Below, in pieces: positions 41,601 through 64,000 of a stretch of 64,000 bases of DNA; position 1 is the stretch's first letter; the number at the start of each line of letters is the position of its first letter. The notes beneath the pieces were generated by a model that had not been told where the DNA came from, searched no databases, and worked only from the letters and a program-made list of their open reading frames with translations. Both the position numbers and the translations under genes were made by a program. The DNA comes from Paraspadella gotoi (lineage: Eukaryota; Animalia; Chaetognatha): contig CM119267.1 of the NCBI GenBank assembly GCA_051294375.1, positions 19,915,546-19,979,545 on the forward strand, given 5' to 3'.

Positions 41601-44600
41601 CAGCTTTTTACTGAACGTAGGACGGATAACTTGAACGTTGGTTCCCCAGCGTTGTCTTCCGGATTCCGACACATCCGCTTCCAGCTCCGAAGGCTTTTTG
41701 GAAGTAGATAAGAAAGATCATGATTATTCAATATAATAAAAAAAATCAGAAAAAAGTTACAAGAAAAGAGTTGTATCTCGTGAAACGTTGAATTTTTACA
41801 AACTGTTTTACTTGCTTATGTACGTATCTGAACTATTCTCATTAAAGAAAACAAACAACAATAATTGATTGATTAATTTGTATATTACGTATAAAAAAAG
41901 TGAAGCGCCATGGACTGTTACAAATAAGTTTTTAATCTTAACAAAGAGGACCTTTCTTCCTCGTCGCCACTCGTCGGCGTCGTCGTCGACGCTCCGCAAG
42001 CGGAGGATTCCACCGTCGCCCCACAACGCGTCGCGAAAACTAATAAGACGACTAAAGTAGAAAGAAAGACCGTAGTTCGAGAACTATCCTATCGAGAGCG
42101 AAGACGATCGAGCGAGACGACGTCGCGACGTCGGAGACGACACCAGAGCGGCGTGGTCAGCTCTAGCGCAGACTTGGTCGAAGTCGAGGCTGATGTTTAA
42201 CCCCGACGTCGCTTCGTCACTCCAGCAGTCGCAGAGGAATTGATTGAGAGACATGGCCGTCGGGGTCGTCGTAGCAAGGAGAAAGTTTCAGCAGTAGCGT
42301 TGTTAGGGACTGTGTCGGGCCACACGAAGGAGGGCATCGCCGTGAATTATGATCCCCCGGCGCCGGGCGGGGGTGCGGTCCAAGATAGGGGGGCCCAGAA
42401 TTGGAAAGTTGATAGTGGAATTGAATGGAGGATAAGAATAGGCCAGTAGAAACGAACGGGCGAAGGAGGGATATGGGTACGACGGAGGAGGTGGAAGTGT
42501 TATGTTGGATGTGGTAGGCGTGGCCGATAAGACGAATTGGAGTCTTTGTGAGACGAAAACTGAGACTTGAGCTTCAACATGTAGCAGAGGCGACCTAAGT
42601 AGCTTGAAGGGCTATTGGTGTGAACGCAGGATTTGAGTGACGTGGAGAAGGGGCGGCAGAAAAGCGTAACAGAGTTGGGATCAGCGAGCAGAGGAATCGT
42701 AGGGACTGATGAGAAGACAGCTGAATAAGCGTTCTATCATAAAGGGAGGGGACAACGACGTCAGAAAGTGTCTTCGAGAAGTTGTTTGGGGGCTTGTGAA
42801 GCAGACGAAGGGTTGCGGATTGAACCCTCCACAAAGGTGCGAGTTCGTCGTGTCGCCTAATCTTGACTCCAACCTAACTCACAGCGACGCCGCGAAGGCA
42901 CGACGTCGCCGGTGACGAAGGGCTCCCAACACGACTGTCCGGCGCCCTGCCATCAAACGGCGTCGTGTGGCTAACGATCTCGCAGCAGCATTATCAAGTT
43001 GAGGGCCCAGAAGGGCGGTCCTGCAGCAGCGGCAGTAGCATCGCATCGTAAAGAATACCGAGCCGAAAAAAATGCGGCGAACAGCCGACGGCATAAGTGG
43101 GCTTCCCAGGGAAAAGGAGAAAGAGAAAAACAAAAGCCACCGAGAAAGATAATAGAACTTCGCCGAGAGAGGCGCTCCTCGAGCCGAACTTGGCCGGACT
43201 GCGACGCCAGAGGGTTAGCCCTCTCGGATGCTCAGAGTCGTCAGGTAAGTCATCGGCGTTTGCAGCAGACCCAACGATGTCGCTGAGCGCCGAAAAAGCG
43301 ATGCGCCAAATCTGCAAGCGTCGTGGCGCGGTTCTGTCGGCACGAACCTATGTAACTGCAGCAAGGACTGCGGGCAGTTGGAAAGCACGGGCGGTGAGAG
43401 GGCGCAGGAATGCTGAAATATCATGGATGGCCTCGAGGAAGGCGGGGTCGTCGGGGTTGTCGGCGAGGAGGAAGAGGAGGAATGAGACATCATCTCCCAG
43501 AAGACGGGACGCGGGAGAAAGCGAGCGTCATGGCGCAACTGTTACCTAAAGAAAAAAAAATTTAGCATATTTGAAATAAAAAATCAAAACCTCGTTATTA
43601 AAGTAGTATTAATTTATATATATTTATTATGATTTATAATATTTACGATTTAAATTATATAAGCTATTAAAATTTGTTTAAAATCGTATAAGAAACAGCT
43701 CAAATGAGCTAAATCGAAATGCAATACCATACGCGCTCACGACGATCAACAAGAGTTCTCTGTGACCCGTCTCGTTCCAGACGAACACACTCCTGAAGTC
43801 TGTCTCCACGGCTTTGAGGTAGAGATGACGCAGCCGAGGAATGAGTCGACGAAATAGCCGCGACCAAACGAGGCTCAACGTAGTCTTTTGGTACCAAGCT
43901 TTGTCGCCAAGAGCTGTCGGAGAGGGAATTTGAATATGTTCGAAAATGTCAGAAGCAAAGACTATGATTTCAACCTTCTACCTTCTTCACTTCCGAACGC
44001 TTCACCTTTTAAATACTGATCGCCCTGAGTGATGTTGTTGGTGAAGTCGACGATGTAGAGGAACGATAACGACGAAAACGGCGAACGAAGGACCACTCCA
44101 GGCGCCGCGGAGTCGCCTGTCGTGATGTGGAACCAATCGAATGAAGACCAAGCATCGAGCGATCTGTTCGCGACTAAGTATAATGTCGAGTTCCTTTCGA
44201 AGGCGAGTCCTCCTCAAGACTTTGCGGACTTTGAGTCAAGTCTATTGGGTGTATCTGCGTTTATTTGTTTTTGTTTTTGGTTTTTTTTTGGTTTTGTTTT
44301 GTTTTTTTATAAATTATTTTCTTCTTCTTAAAAGTCGCCCCGACAAGATGATGTTGTTTCGTAACGTTTTAAAGGAAATGAAAGAGAAACCACTGAATTT
44401 TAATCGTTGAACCGGTTTTTTTTCCCAAAGTCGAATAGTCGAAGTGGACAGACAAGAAATGGTTAATTGAAAGAAATGCACTTGAGATGTGACAGAGATG
44501 AGAGGAGGAGAAAGAGACATATTTATTTTCTTTCTTTAATTTCTTTATTTCTTTTATTTCTTTTTATTTCTTTTTTTTTCTTTCTTTTTTTTTTTTTTTT

Positions 44601-47600
44601 TTTGCTTTTTTTCTCTTTCCCATCTATTTTTTTGCGTTTTATTTATTTTTCATTTGTTATATCTTTTTTTCTTATCTGCCTACCAAGATTGCCGTTTTAT
44701 TTTCACTCACCCTCCAAACAGAAAAGCGTTGCCATAGTCCCAGAAGAAATCCCTTGAGCGGCAAGAACGTTGATTGCTGCCGCGTGGCGTCGCAACGAGT
44801 TCCTCACGCAGATTTTTAACTCCTCTGGGTCGTCGGCGCAAAACTCTAAAGAATAAAAACAAAAGATTAGCCACTCGGAGAAGTCAACGTAAGATTTTGT
44901 CCTCTCCAAAAATATATTTTTTATTCGGCTCACACGATTGGCTTCCTCGAATCCAAGTTGTACCGGACAGTAGCCTCCGCCGAAAGGTATTGTGACAAGA
45001 GGTTTGAATCGGAGCCAAGATCAACGAGCAGCTCTCCGGTCGCCTTCCAATTCGACCACGAGGCGTTCCCAAAGCGTCACTGCGTTGCCAAGGTATCCGA
45101 TGCTTGTGGAGGCGCCTAAAGGATTCGAAAGCAAACAAGGAAAAAAAAGTTTTTTCTCCTTTGTCATTGACACTCTCTCTTCGCACAACCTCTACCATCT
45201 CATTTCTCAACCCTCGGATCGACGCTGACGAATCTCCTCGATGAGGTCGTCGAGATCCTCCGCGACTCCTGGAGCCAACCTTGATGAAAACGCTTAAGCA
45301 ACGCCTCTTCGCTCACCTCGCGCTATCACGCCGATGCATCTGATAACAAATGAGTAAATCGAAACACGATTTATTCTTCGTAGTGTAACCATTTTAATTC
45401 GATCAAGAATCGAATTATTATCGGATTGCTCGGATCATCGGATTATCGGATTAAAGCTTCCAATAAGACATATTGGTTTAAAAATGTCGGATCGACGGGT
45501 TTTCTTCGCTCGAATACACTTCCCGTCCTTCCCACCATCCCAACGAAACCGAGTTTTGCCCACCCAGCGATGACGGCGGCCTTGGCCTGAGCTCGCCTCA
45601 TCCTCCTCAGCCCGCGTGACGAAGATCTTGCCCCGCAAATCTCCGCCTTCAAATATTTTCGTCCGGCGTTCATAGACGGTGATCGTTTCCGTGAACGATG
45701 CCCTGGAGCGTGATTGGGGAGGAAAGACCCGATTTAGTTCGATCTATTGCGTTCCTTGCCGCGTTCGAATAAATAAAAGAATAAATAAGGCTACCTTGCC
45801 CCTGACTTTTGGACAGGCTGTTGGTTTAAAGGCCTCCATCACTCTTACAAGATAATGAAATGGCAGGTCCCTGCAATTCTTTTCAATCAAGACTCTCTCA
45901 CAGTCTCGTTTATTCACTCCCAGAGTACCTGGCTTCCCTATCTATTAAGTGGTATAATGTTTTTCATATGTTTTATATGATCATACGAGCAGGCCATTTA
46001 ACTTGCTTAGTCTGTTTTCCAGTCTTTTGTTTTGCCTTTGTTTTAAAATGTCAGGGTAACTCATTCTACCTGGCGCCTTTTTTTTTTGGAGGGAGGCTAA
46101 GAGGCAATGTTTTATTTATTTAAATTTTTTTTCTTTCTTTTTTCTTTCAATTCCCATAGTTTTTTTTTACTTAGAAGAATTCTCATCGAGACAGCCTTCT
46201 CACTCCTCTTCCCTATTCCCTCTCAATCCCCTTCTCTCTCTCCTTTCTCTACTCCTCTTCCCTCTTAATTTCCCCTTCTCTCTCTCTTCTCTCACCCTCT
46301 CCTCTCCCTCTCAATCCCCTTCTCTCTCTCTTCTCTCACTCCTCTTCCTCTCAATCCCCTTCTCTCTCTCTTTCTCTCACTCCTCTCCCTCTCAATCCCC
46401 TTCTCTCTCTCATTTCTCTCACTCCTCTTCCTCTTCAATCCTCCCTTTCTCTCTCTCTTTCTCTCACTCCTCTTCCCTCTCAATCCCTTCTCTCTCCTTT
46501 CTCTCACTCCTCTTCCCTCTCAATCCCCTTCTCTTCTCTCTTTCTCTCACTCCTCTTCCCTCTCAATCCCCTTCTCTCTCTCTTTCTCTCACTCCCTCTT
46601 CCCTCTTCCCTCTCAATCCCCTTCTCTCTCTTCTTCACTCCTCTTCCTCTTACTCTCAATCCCTTCTCTCTCTCTTTCTCTCACTCCTCTTCCCTCTTCT
46701 CCTTCTCATCCCCTTCTCTCTCTCTTTCTCTCACTCCTCTTTCCCCTCTTCCCTCTCAATCCCCTTCTCTCCTCTCTTCTCTCACTCTCTCTTCCCTCTC
46801 AATCCCCTCTCTCCCTCTTTCTCTCACTCCTCTTCCCTCTCAATCCTTCTCTCTCTCTTTCTCTCACCCTCTTCCTCTCAAATCCCTCCTCTCCTTCATC
46901 TTCTCTTTTCTGCTCACTTCGCCTGTCCAAAGTCAGGGGCAAGGTAGCTTATTTATTTCTTTATTTATTCGAACGCGGCAAGGAACGCAATAGATTCGAA
47001 CTAAATCGGTCTTTCCTCCCCAATCACGCTCGTTCACGGAAACGCATTCACCGTCATATGAACGCCGGTCACGAAAATATTGAAGGCGGAGATTTTTCGT
47101 CACGGCCGGGCTGGGAGGGATGAGCGGAGCTCAGGCCAAGGCCGCCGTCATCGCTGGGTGGGCAAAACTCGGTTTCGTTGGGATGGTGGGAAGGACGGGA
47201 AGGTGTATTCGAGCGAAGAAACCCGACGAATTCGATTTCTTATTGGTCGACCCCCAAAACATTTTTTAAACCAATATGTCCAATATTGGAAGCTTAATCC
47301 GATAATNNNNNNNNNNNNNNNNNNNNNNNNNNNNNNNNNNNNNNNNNNNNNNNNNNNNNNNNNNNNNNNNNNNNNNNNNNNNNNNNNNNNNNNNNNNNNN
47401 NNNNNNNNNNNNNNNNNNNNNNNNNNNNNNNNNNNNNNNNNNNNNNNNNNNNNNNNNNNNNNNNNNNNNNNNNNNNNNNNNNNNNNNATTTGTTATCAGA
47501 TGCATCGGCGTGATAGCGGAGGTGAGCGAAGAGGCGTTGCTTAAGCGTTTTCATCAAGGTTGGCTCCAGGAGGTCGCGGAGGATCTCGACGACCTCATCG

Positions 47601-50600
47601 AGAGAATTCGTCAGCGTCGATCCGAGGGTGAGAAATGAAGATGGTAGAGGTGTGCGAAGAGAGAGACTGAAGAGACGGTATCAATGACAAAGGAGAAAAA
47701 ACTTTTTTTTCCTTTGTTTGCTTTCGAATCCTTTAGGCGCTGCCACAAGCATCGGATACCTTGGCAACGCAGTGACGCTTTGGGAACGCCTCGTGGTCGA
47801 ATTGGAGGCGACCGGAGAGCTGCTCGTTGATCTTGGCTCCGATCAAACCTCTTGTCACAATCCTTTCGGCGGAGGCTACTGTCCGGTACAACTTGGATTC
47901 GAGGAAGCCAATCGGTGAGCGAAATAAAAAATATATTTTTGGAGAGGACGAAATCTTACGTTGACTTCTCCGAGTGCTAATCTTTTGTTTTTATTCTTTA
48001 GAGTTTTGGCCGACGACCCAGAGGAGTTTAAAAATCTGGTGAGGAACTCGTTGCGACGCCACGCGGCAGCAATCAACGTTCTTGCCGCTCAAGGGATGTT
48101 CTTCTGGGACTATGGCAACGCTTTTCTGTTGGAGGGTGAGTGAAAATAAAAGGCAGATCTTGGTAGGCAGATAAGAAAAAAAAGATATAACAATGAAAAA
48201 TAAATAAAACGCAAAAATAGATGGGGAAAGAGAAAAAAAGCAAAAAAAAAAAAAAAAAANNNNNNNNNNNNNNNNNNNNNNNNNNNNNNNNNNNNNNNNN
48301 NNNNNNNNNNNNNNNNNNNNNNNNNNNNNNNNNNNNNNNNNNNNNNNNAAATAAAGAAATAAAGAAATAAAGAAATAAAGAAAGAAAATAAATATGTCTC
48401 TTTCTCCTCCTCTCATCTCTGTCACATCTCAAGTGCATTTCTTTCAATTAACCATTTTTGTCTGTCCACTTCGACTATTCGACTTTGGGAAAAAAAAACC
48501 GGTTCAACGATTAAATTCAGGGTTTTCTCTTTCATTTTCCTTAAAAACGTTACGAAACAACATCATCTTGTCGGGGGCGACTTTTAAGAAGAAGAAAGAT
48601 AAATTTAAAAAAACAAAACAAAACCAAAAAAAACCAAAAAACAAAAACAATAAAATAAACGCAGATAACCAAAGACTTGACTCAAAGTCCCAAAGTCTTG
48701 AGGAAGGCTCGCCTTCGAAAGAACCGACCATATCTTAGTCGGAACGATGCCTCGATGCTTGGTGCTCTTCGATTGGTTCCACATCCACGACAGGCGACTC
48801 CGCGGCGCCTGGATGGTCCTCTTCGCCTGTTTCGTCGTCGTCCTCTACATCGTCGACTTCACCAACAACATCACTCAGGCGATGCAGTATAAAAGGTGAG
48901 CGTCGGAAGTGAAGAAGGTAGAAGGTTGAAAATCATCAGTCTTTGCTTCGACATTTTCGAAATATTCAAATTCCCTCTTTCCCGACAGCTCTGGCGACAA
49001 AGCTTGGTACCAACTGACGTTGAGCCTCGTTTTGGTCGCGGCTTTCGTCGACGTCATCCTCGGCTGCGTCATCCTCTACCTCAAAGCCGTGGAGACAGAC
49101 TCAGAGGTGTTCGTCTGGAACGAGACGGGTCACAGAGAATTCTTGTTGATCGGGTGAGCGGTATTGGTATTGGCATTTACGATTTAGCTCATTTGAAGTG
49201 TCTTTTTTAACATAATTTTAAATAGCTTATATAATAAATCGTAAATATTATAAATCATAAATAAATATATATAAATAATACTATTTTAATAACGAGGTTT
49301 GATTTTTTTTATTTTCAAATATGTCATAATTTTTTTTTCTTTTGGTAACAGTTTCGCCATGACGCTCGCTCTCCTCGGTCCCGTCTTCTGGGAGATGATG
49401 TCTCTCCTCCTCTTCCTCCTCGCCGACCCCGACGACCCCGCCTTCCTCGAGGCCTCCATGATTTCCAGCATCCTGCGCCTCGTCACCGCCGTGCTTTCCA
49501 ACCTGCCGCAGTCCCTGCTGCAGATTTACATAGTGGGCCGACAGAACCGCGCCACGACGCTGCAGATTGGCAGCATCGCTTTTTCGGCGCTCAGCGACAT
49601 CGTGGGTCTGCTGCAAACGCCGATGACTTACCTGACGACTCTGGAGCATCCGGAGGCTAACCCTCTGGCGTCGAGGTTCCGGCCCAAGTTTCGGTTCGAG
49701 GAGCGCCTCTCTCGGCGAGTCTATTATCTTCTCGGTGCTTTTTGTTTTCTCTTTCTCCTTTCCCTGGGAAGCCACTTTATCGCCGTCGGCTTGTTCGCCG
49801 CATTTTTCGGCTCGGTATTCTCTACTGCCGTGCTACTGCCGCTGCTGCAGACCGCCCTTCTGGCCGTCAACTTGATAATGCTGCTGCGGAACTCGTGCCA
49901 ACGACGCCGTTTGATGGCAGGGGCGGCGACAGTCGTGTTGGGAGCCCTCGTCACCGGCGTCGTGGCCTTCGCGGCGTCGCTGTGGTTGGTTGGAGTCAAG
50001 ATGGCGACGACGAACGACTCTGCACCTTTGTTGGAGGGTTCAATCGCCCCTTCGTCTGCTTCACAAGCCCCAAACAACTTCTCGAAGACACTTTCTGACG
50101 TCGTTGTCCCCTCCTTTATGATAGACGCTTATTCAGCGTCTTCTCTCGTCCCTACGATCTCCTCTCTCGCTGATCCCAACTCTGTTACGCTTTCTGCCGC
50201 CCCTTTCTCCACGTCACTCAAACCTGCTGTCACACCAATAGCCCTTTCAAGCTACTTAGTCGCCTCTGCTACGTTTGATAGCTCAGTCTCAGTTTTCGTC
50301 TCCACAAACTCAATCGTCTTATCGGCCACGCCTACCACATCCAACATAACACCTTCCACCTCCTCCGTCTACCCTTATCCCTCCTTCGCCGTCGTTTCCA
50401 CGGCCTTCTATCCTCCATTCAATTCCACCAACTCCATTTGGCCCTCTTGCCGACCCCCGCCCGGCGCCGGGGTCATAACCGGCGTGCCCTCCTTCGTTTG
50501 GCCCGACACGTCCTTAACGCTGCTGAAACTTCTCCCTTGCTACGACGACCCCGACGGCCATCGTCTCTCCATCAATTCCTCGCGACTGCTGGAGTGCGAA

Positions 50601-52570
50601 GCGACGTCGGGGTTAAACATCAGCCTCGACATCGACCAAGTCTGGCTAGCGCTGACCACGCCGCTCTGGTGCGTCTCCGACGTCGCCGACGTCGTCTTCG
50701 TCGTCGTCTTCGTCTCGGATGTCGTCAACTACGGTCTTCTCTTTCTCTTTGTCGTCTTTTGTTTCTGCGACGCGTTGTGGGGCGACGGGAATCCCTCGGC
50801 TTGGGCGTCGACGACGACGCCGACGATGGCGACGAGGAAGAAAGCCTTTTGTTAGATTAAAAACATTTTTGTACAGTCCATGGCGTTCACTTTTTTATAC
50901 GTAATATACAAATTAATCAATCAATTATTGTTGTTTTTTTTTCTTTAATGAGAGTAGTCAGTACGTACATAAGCAAGTAAAACAGTTGTAAAAATTCAAC
51001 GTTTTCGACGAGATACAACTGCTTTTCTTTATTTTTTTGATTTTTTTTTATTATTGAAATAATCATGGATCTTTTTCTCTTCCAAAAAGCTCTTCGGGCT
51101 GGAGCGGATGTGTCGGATCCGGAAGACACGCTGGGAACCAAGTTCAAGTATCCGTCCTACGTTCAGGTAAAAAGCTGAATTTAAAAATGCGTATTGTGTA
51201 AACTCGGTAAAATATATCAGAATGTTTATAAAATTGAAGGACATCATGGGCGACATCTTTTCAATGGGGTTCGGCCCTTTTCGTTGGGTGTGCACCTCGT
51301 GCGAAGCCGAGGATCTGGAGACGACCGACCAAATCGCAGCGGAAGTAAAAAGAGTTGTTTGTTCATCGATTGATTGATTTATGATTGTGGTTATAAACAA
51401 ACAACCCAATCAAATCATCAGGTTTTAACGGAAATCGTAGGGTCAGGAGTACCGGAAATCACTAAGCAATGTTACGAGGACAACATCAAGTGGATCAAGG
51501 AAGCAGGTGAAACAGTCTACTAGTTAACTTCTCTTCTTCCCTTTTTTATGTCGTGCAGTATCTTAACCATTTACAGGCCGCCACGACCTGGTGGTTGGCT
51601 CCCAGGCGCGTATTCTCTACGCAGATCAACGCGGGCGCGTCGCTGTCGCGACCGCTTTCAACGCCGCCGTCGTCGAAGGAAGAATATCAGCGCCCGTGGT
51701 CATCAGTCGCGATCACCACGACGTCAGCGGCACTGATAGGTAAATAAAATAGTATTAGAAAAAATATTTTTCTCTTATGTTTTTTTTTTTAGAGAATACA
51801 TTGAACCAAAAAATTACCCAGCTCTCATCTGCCGGAAGAAAAATGCAACAAAAGAACAACAATTTGGCTTATAAAAAGCTCGAGTGAAAAAGTTTCTGAG
51901 AAGCCGACGTCGTATTCTAGTAATTTTTATAAATGATAAAAGTGAAATGTAATTTTCTCTCCATCTCCGCCCTCGCCACAGCCCCTTCAGGGAGACATCG
52001 AACATCTACGACGGTTCCGCATTCTGCGCCGACATGGCGACGCAGAACGTGATCGGCGATGCGGCGCGCGGCGCCACGTGGGTGGCGCTGCACAACGGAG
52101 GCGGCGTCGGTTGGGGCGAAGTCATAAACGGAGGATTCGGTCTTCTGTTGGACGGAACCGACGATGCCGCTCGAAAGGCTAAGGTTGGCGTATTTTCTCT
52201 TTTCTATTCTCCGCCCGTTCAATTTATAGATATAATTATTAAATAATTAATCAAACAATAAAAATTCCTTTACCCTTCTAATCATACATTCGAACACTTT
52301 CGCTTGCCCGAAAGTCTATGCTAAATTGGGATGTGTCCAATGGAGTTGCGCGTCGAGCGTGGTCGGGCAACGCGAGCGCCATCTCGACGATCCGGTCGAC
52401 GATGACACGAGACGATAAGTTGGAGGTTACGATTCCGCATAAGGTGGGCGTAGCGGTTTTCTTTGAAATCGTTGTATGTTTGTTTTAAATTTTATTTCAT
52501 ACTTTTATATCAGGTGTCAGAGGATCTAATAATTGGCGGAGGTTTTTCAGAAACGGACCTGGAGCGATGA
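36240..52570 (+). CDS. UROC1: Urocanate hydratase (animal type); exons 36240-36415, 37025-37203, 38015-38198, 39073-39185, ~47030-47157 (error-corrupted), 47500-47627, 47737-47914, 48002-48135, 51090-51166, 51240-51344, 51422-51506, 51577-51739, 51982-52183, 52315-52443, 52514-52570
   Basis: AVKNALRYFP, YGHIYMYRFRP, VAQFPHELITYGGNGQVFSNWAQ, YGQMTAGSYCYIGPQ, GGMSGAQAKAA, GSDQTSCHNP, FWDYGNAFLLE, MGDIFSMGFGPFRWVC, SRDHHDVSGTDSPFRETSNIYDGS, LHNGGGVGWG. Confidence 0.96.
39288..45818 (-). other. Indel-rich inverted duplicate of 46921-53358 (probable assembly artefact); holds shredded copies of UROC1 exons 5-15 and the XKR-like gene
   Basis: Colinear reverse-complement match from end to end. Differences are mostly single-base indels, and the block starts right after an N gap. 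Confidence 0.9.
45785..46085 (-). mobile_element. Family C, longest copy; probable 5'-truncated LINE (CR1/L2-like) 3' end
   Basis: Shares about 170 bp with 62650-62812. The minus strand near 46050-46075 reads R*NELP*, resembling the WNxLP motif at the end of LINE ORF2. Confidence 0.5.
46195..46920. repeat. Pyrimidine-rich minisatellite, about 36-40-nt unit (TTCTCTCACTCCTCTTCCCTCTCAATCCCCTTCTCTCTC)
   Basis: Many tandem copies. The reverse complement of the same unit begins at 39190-39262, just before the N gap. Confidence 0.9.
48747..50855 (+). CDS. XK-related (XKR)-like multipass membrane protein, 605 aa, nested in UROC1 intron 8; exons 48747-48895, 48989-49153, 49352-50855
   Basis: Phase-2 GT-AG introns give an open frame. 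XK-family-like segments occur in the expected order: LYIVDFTNNITQAMQY, GDKAWYQLTLSLVLV, LALLGPVFW, LRLVTAVLSNLPQSLLQIYIV, LQIGSIAFSALS. ATTAAA directly follows the stop. Confidence 0.8.
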
Positions 52571-53405
52571 TGAATATTTTTTTTCGGAAGAAATTAAGCT
52601 TCATAAAAAATATCAAAATGAAAAAAAAATAATTTGCTTTTGCGCAGATTTCCTCATAAAATCGAGATCGGTCTAACAGTTGATTACAAGGAAAAATTTA
52701 GTTAAAGAAACGTTTAATTGTAGCATAAACTAATACGCGATTTGGTAAAAGAAAAATGCGGAAAAAAAAAGTAATAAAAAATCTGAGAGTAAAAAAGCGG
52801 AGCAACAATCACCAAATTATTCTTTTGAGTATCATACGAAGTAAACGAATAATTAAAAGCCAAAAAAACAAAACGTTTGTGGAGTTTGCGTTGGCGCAAT
52901 GACGAATTAGAAAATCAGTAATAGTAAATTTCGATCTTTCAATAATTGAAAGTCGATTCCGCAAAATGTAAACTTTGAAGCTAAATCTTCATTGCGAAAA
53001 ACAAAATAATACCCGATTAAGACTATATAAGTTGAACATTAATTATCAAGAAATATGAAAGTTTCAGAGGCTTAAAATGTAGTAAAAACCGGGTGAAGGG
53101 AAAAACTTGAAATAATTAGAATTTCGGAGTTAAGAATCACGCTAGCTACTTAATCTTTTTAATTGGTCGAACCAATTTGACAAGAGTATTTACGGAGGTA
53201 TTTTTTCAGAGCTATACGTTTACCGGGTAATTTGACAAGAAGGAAAAACAAATTTCTTATCTCTTCAGTTTTCAGCTTATACCTCTGAAAAATAAAAGAA
53301 ATAACGAACTAACAATTAAATATTAAAAAAAAAGGGGGGGAAGCCAACATTTCAAGGCGGCCGGAAAGATTTGCCTCTTCGCGCCAAGATCCCGTCGTCC
53401 GCGCT

Positions 53406-63838
<10,433 letters not shown>

Positions 63839-64000
63839 CTGAACATAAGAGGGCGATAGCGAAAGAAAAAAATAAAACTTTGTTGTTCAGAAATTAGAAT
63901 TTCTTTTCACGAGCAGCTCGTCGAAGCAACTGTTTTGAGGGTGACAATGAAACAAATAAAAATCCTCAGACAGCCACGAATCCATCGCGAATCAGGATCA

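Noticed and set aside
41900-44200. Second XKR-like gene or pseudogene on the minus strand
   Set aside because: It lies in the indel-riddled inverted arm and is best explained as a raw-read artefact.
40120-45720. Antisense urocanase paralog
   Set aside because: Same artefactual arm; its introns are also mirror copies differing mainly by indels.

Overview
Intron-rich invertebrate animal (probably bilaterian) genomic DNA with GC-rich exons, AT-rich introns and many (GA)n/(CT)n microsatellites. Most short ORFs in the track are spurious. I assembled eight spliced genes by hand. (1) A divergent peptide-type class A GPCR (+). (2-3) Two tandem CAP/SCP + ShK secreted proteins (+), the second with a long mucin repeat. 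(4) A C6orf163-like coiled-coil gene (-). (5) 14-3-3 epsilon (+), with two duplicated 24-nt microexons. (6) Urocanate hydratase (+). (7) A three-exon XK-related (XKR)-like membrane-protein gene nested on the SAME strand inside a urocanase intron, carrying a mucin-like stalk. (8) An R3/Ptp10D-like receptor tyrosine phosphatase (-), 5' end outside the window. Positions 39288-45818 are an indel-riddled inverted copy of 46921-53358 and are most likely an assembly (gap-fill) artefact. Mobile DNA includes a TA-flanked MITE, a self-nested TAG..CTA element family, helentron/DINE-like repeats, LINE 3' fragments and tRNA-headed SINE-like elements. All homology calls come from motif recognition, not from database searches.
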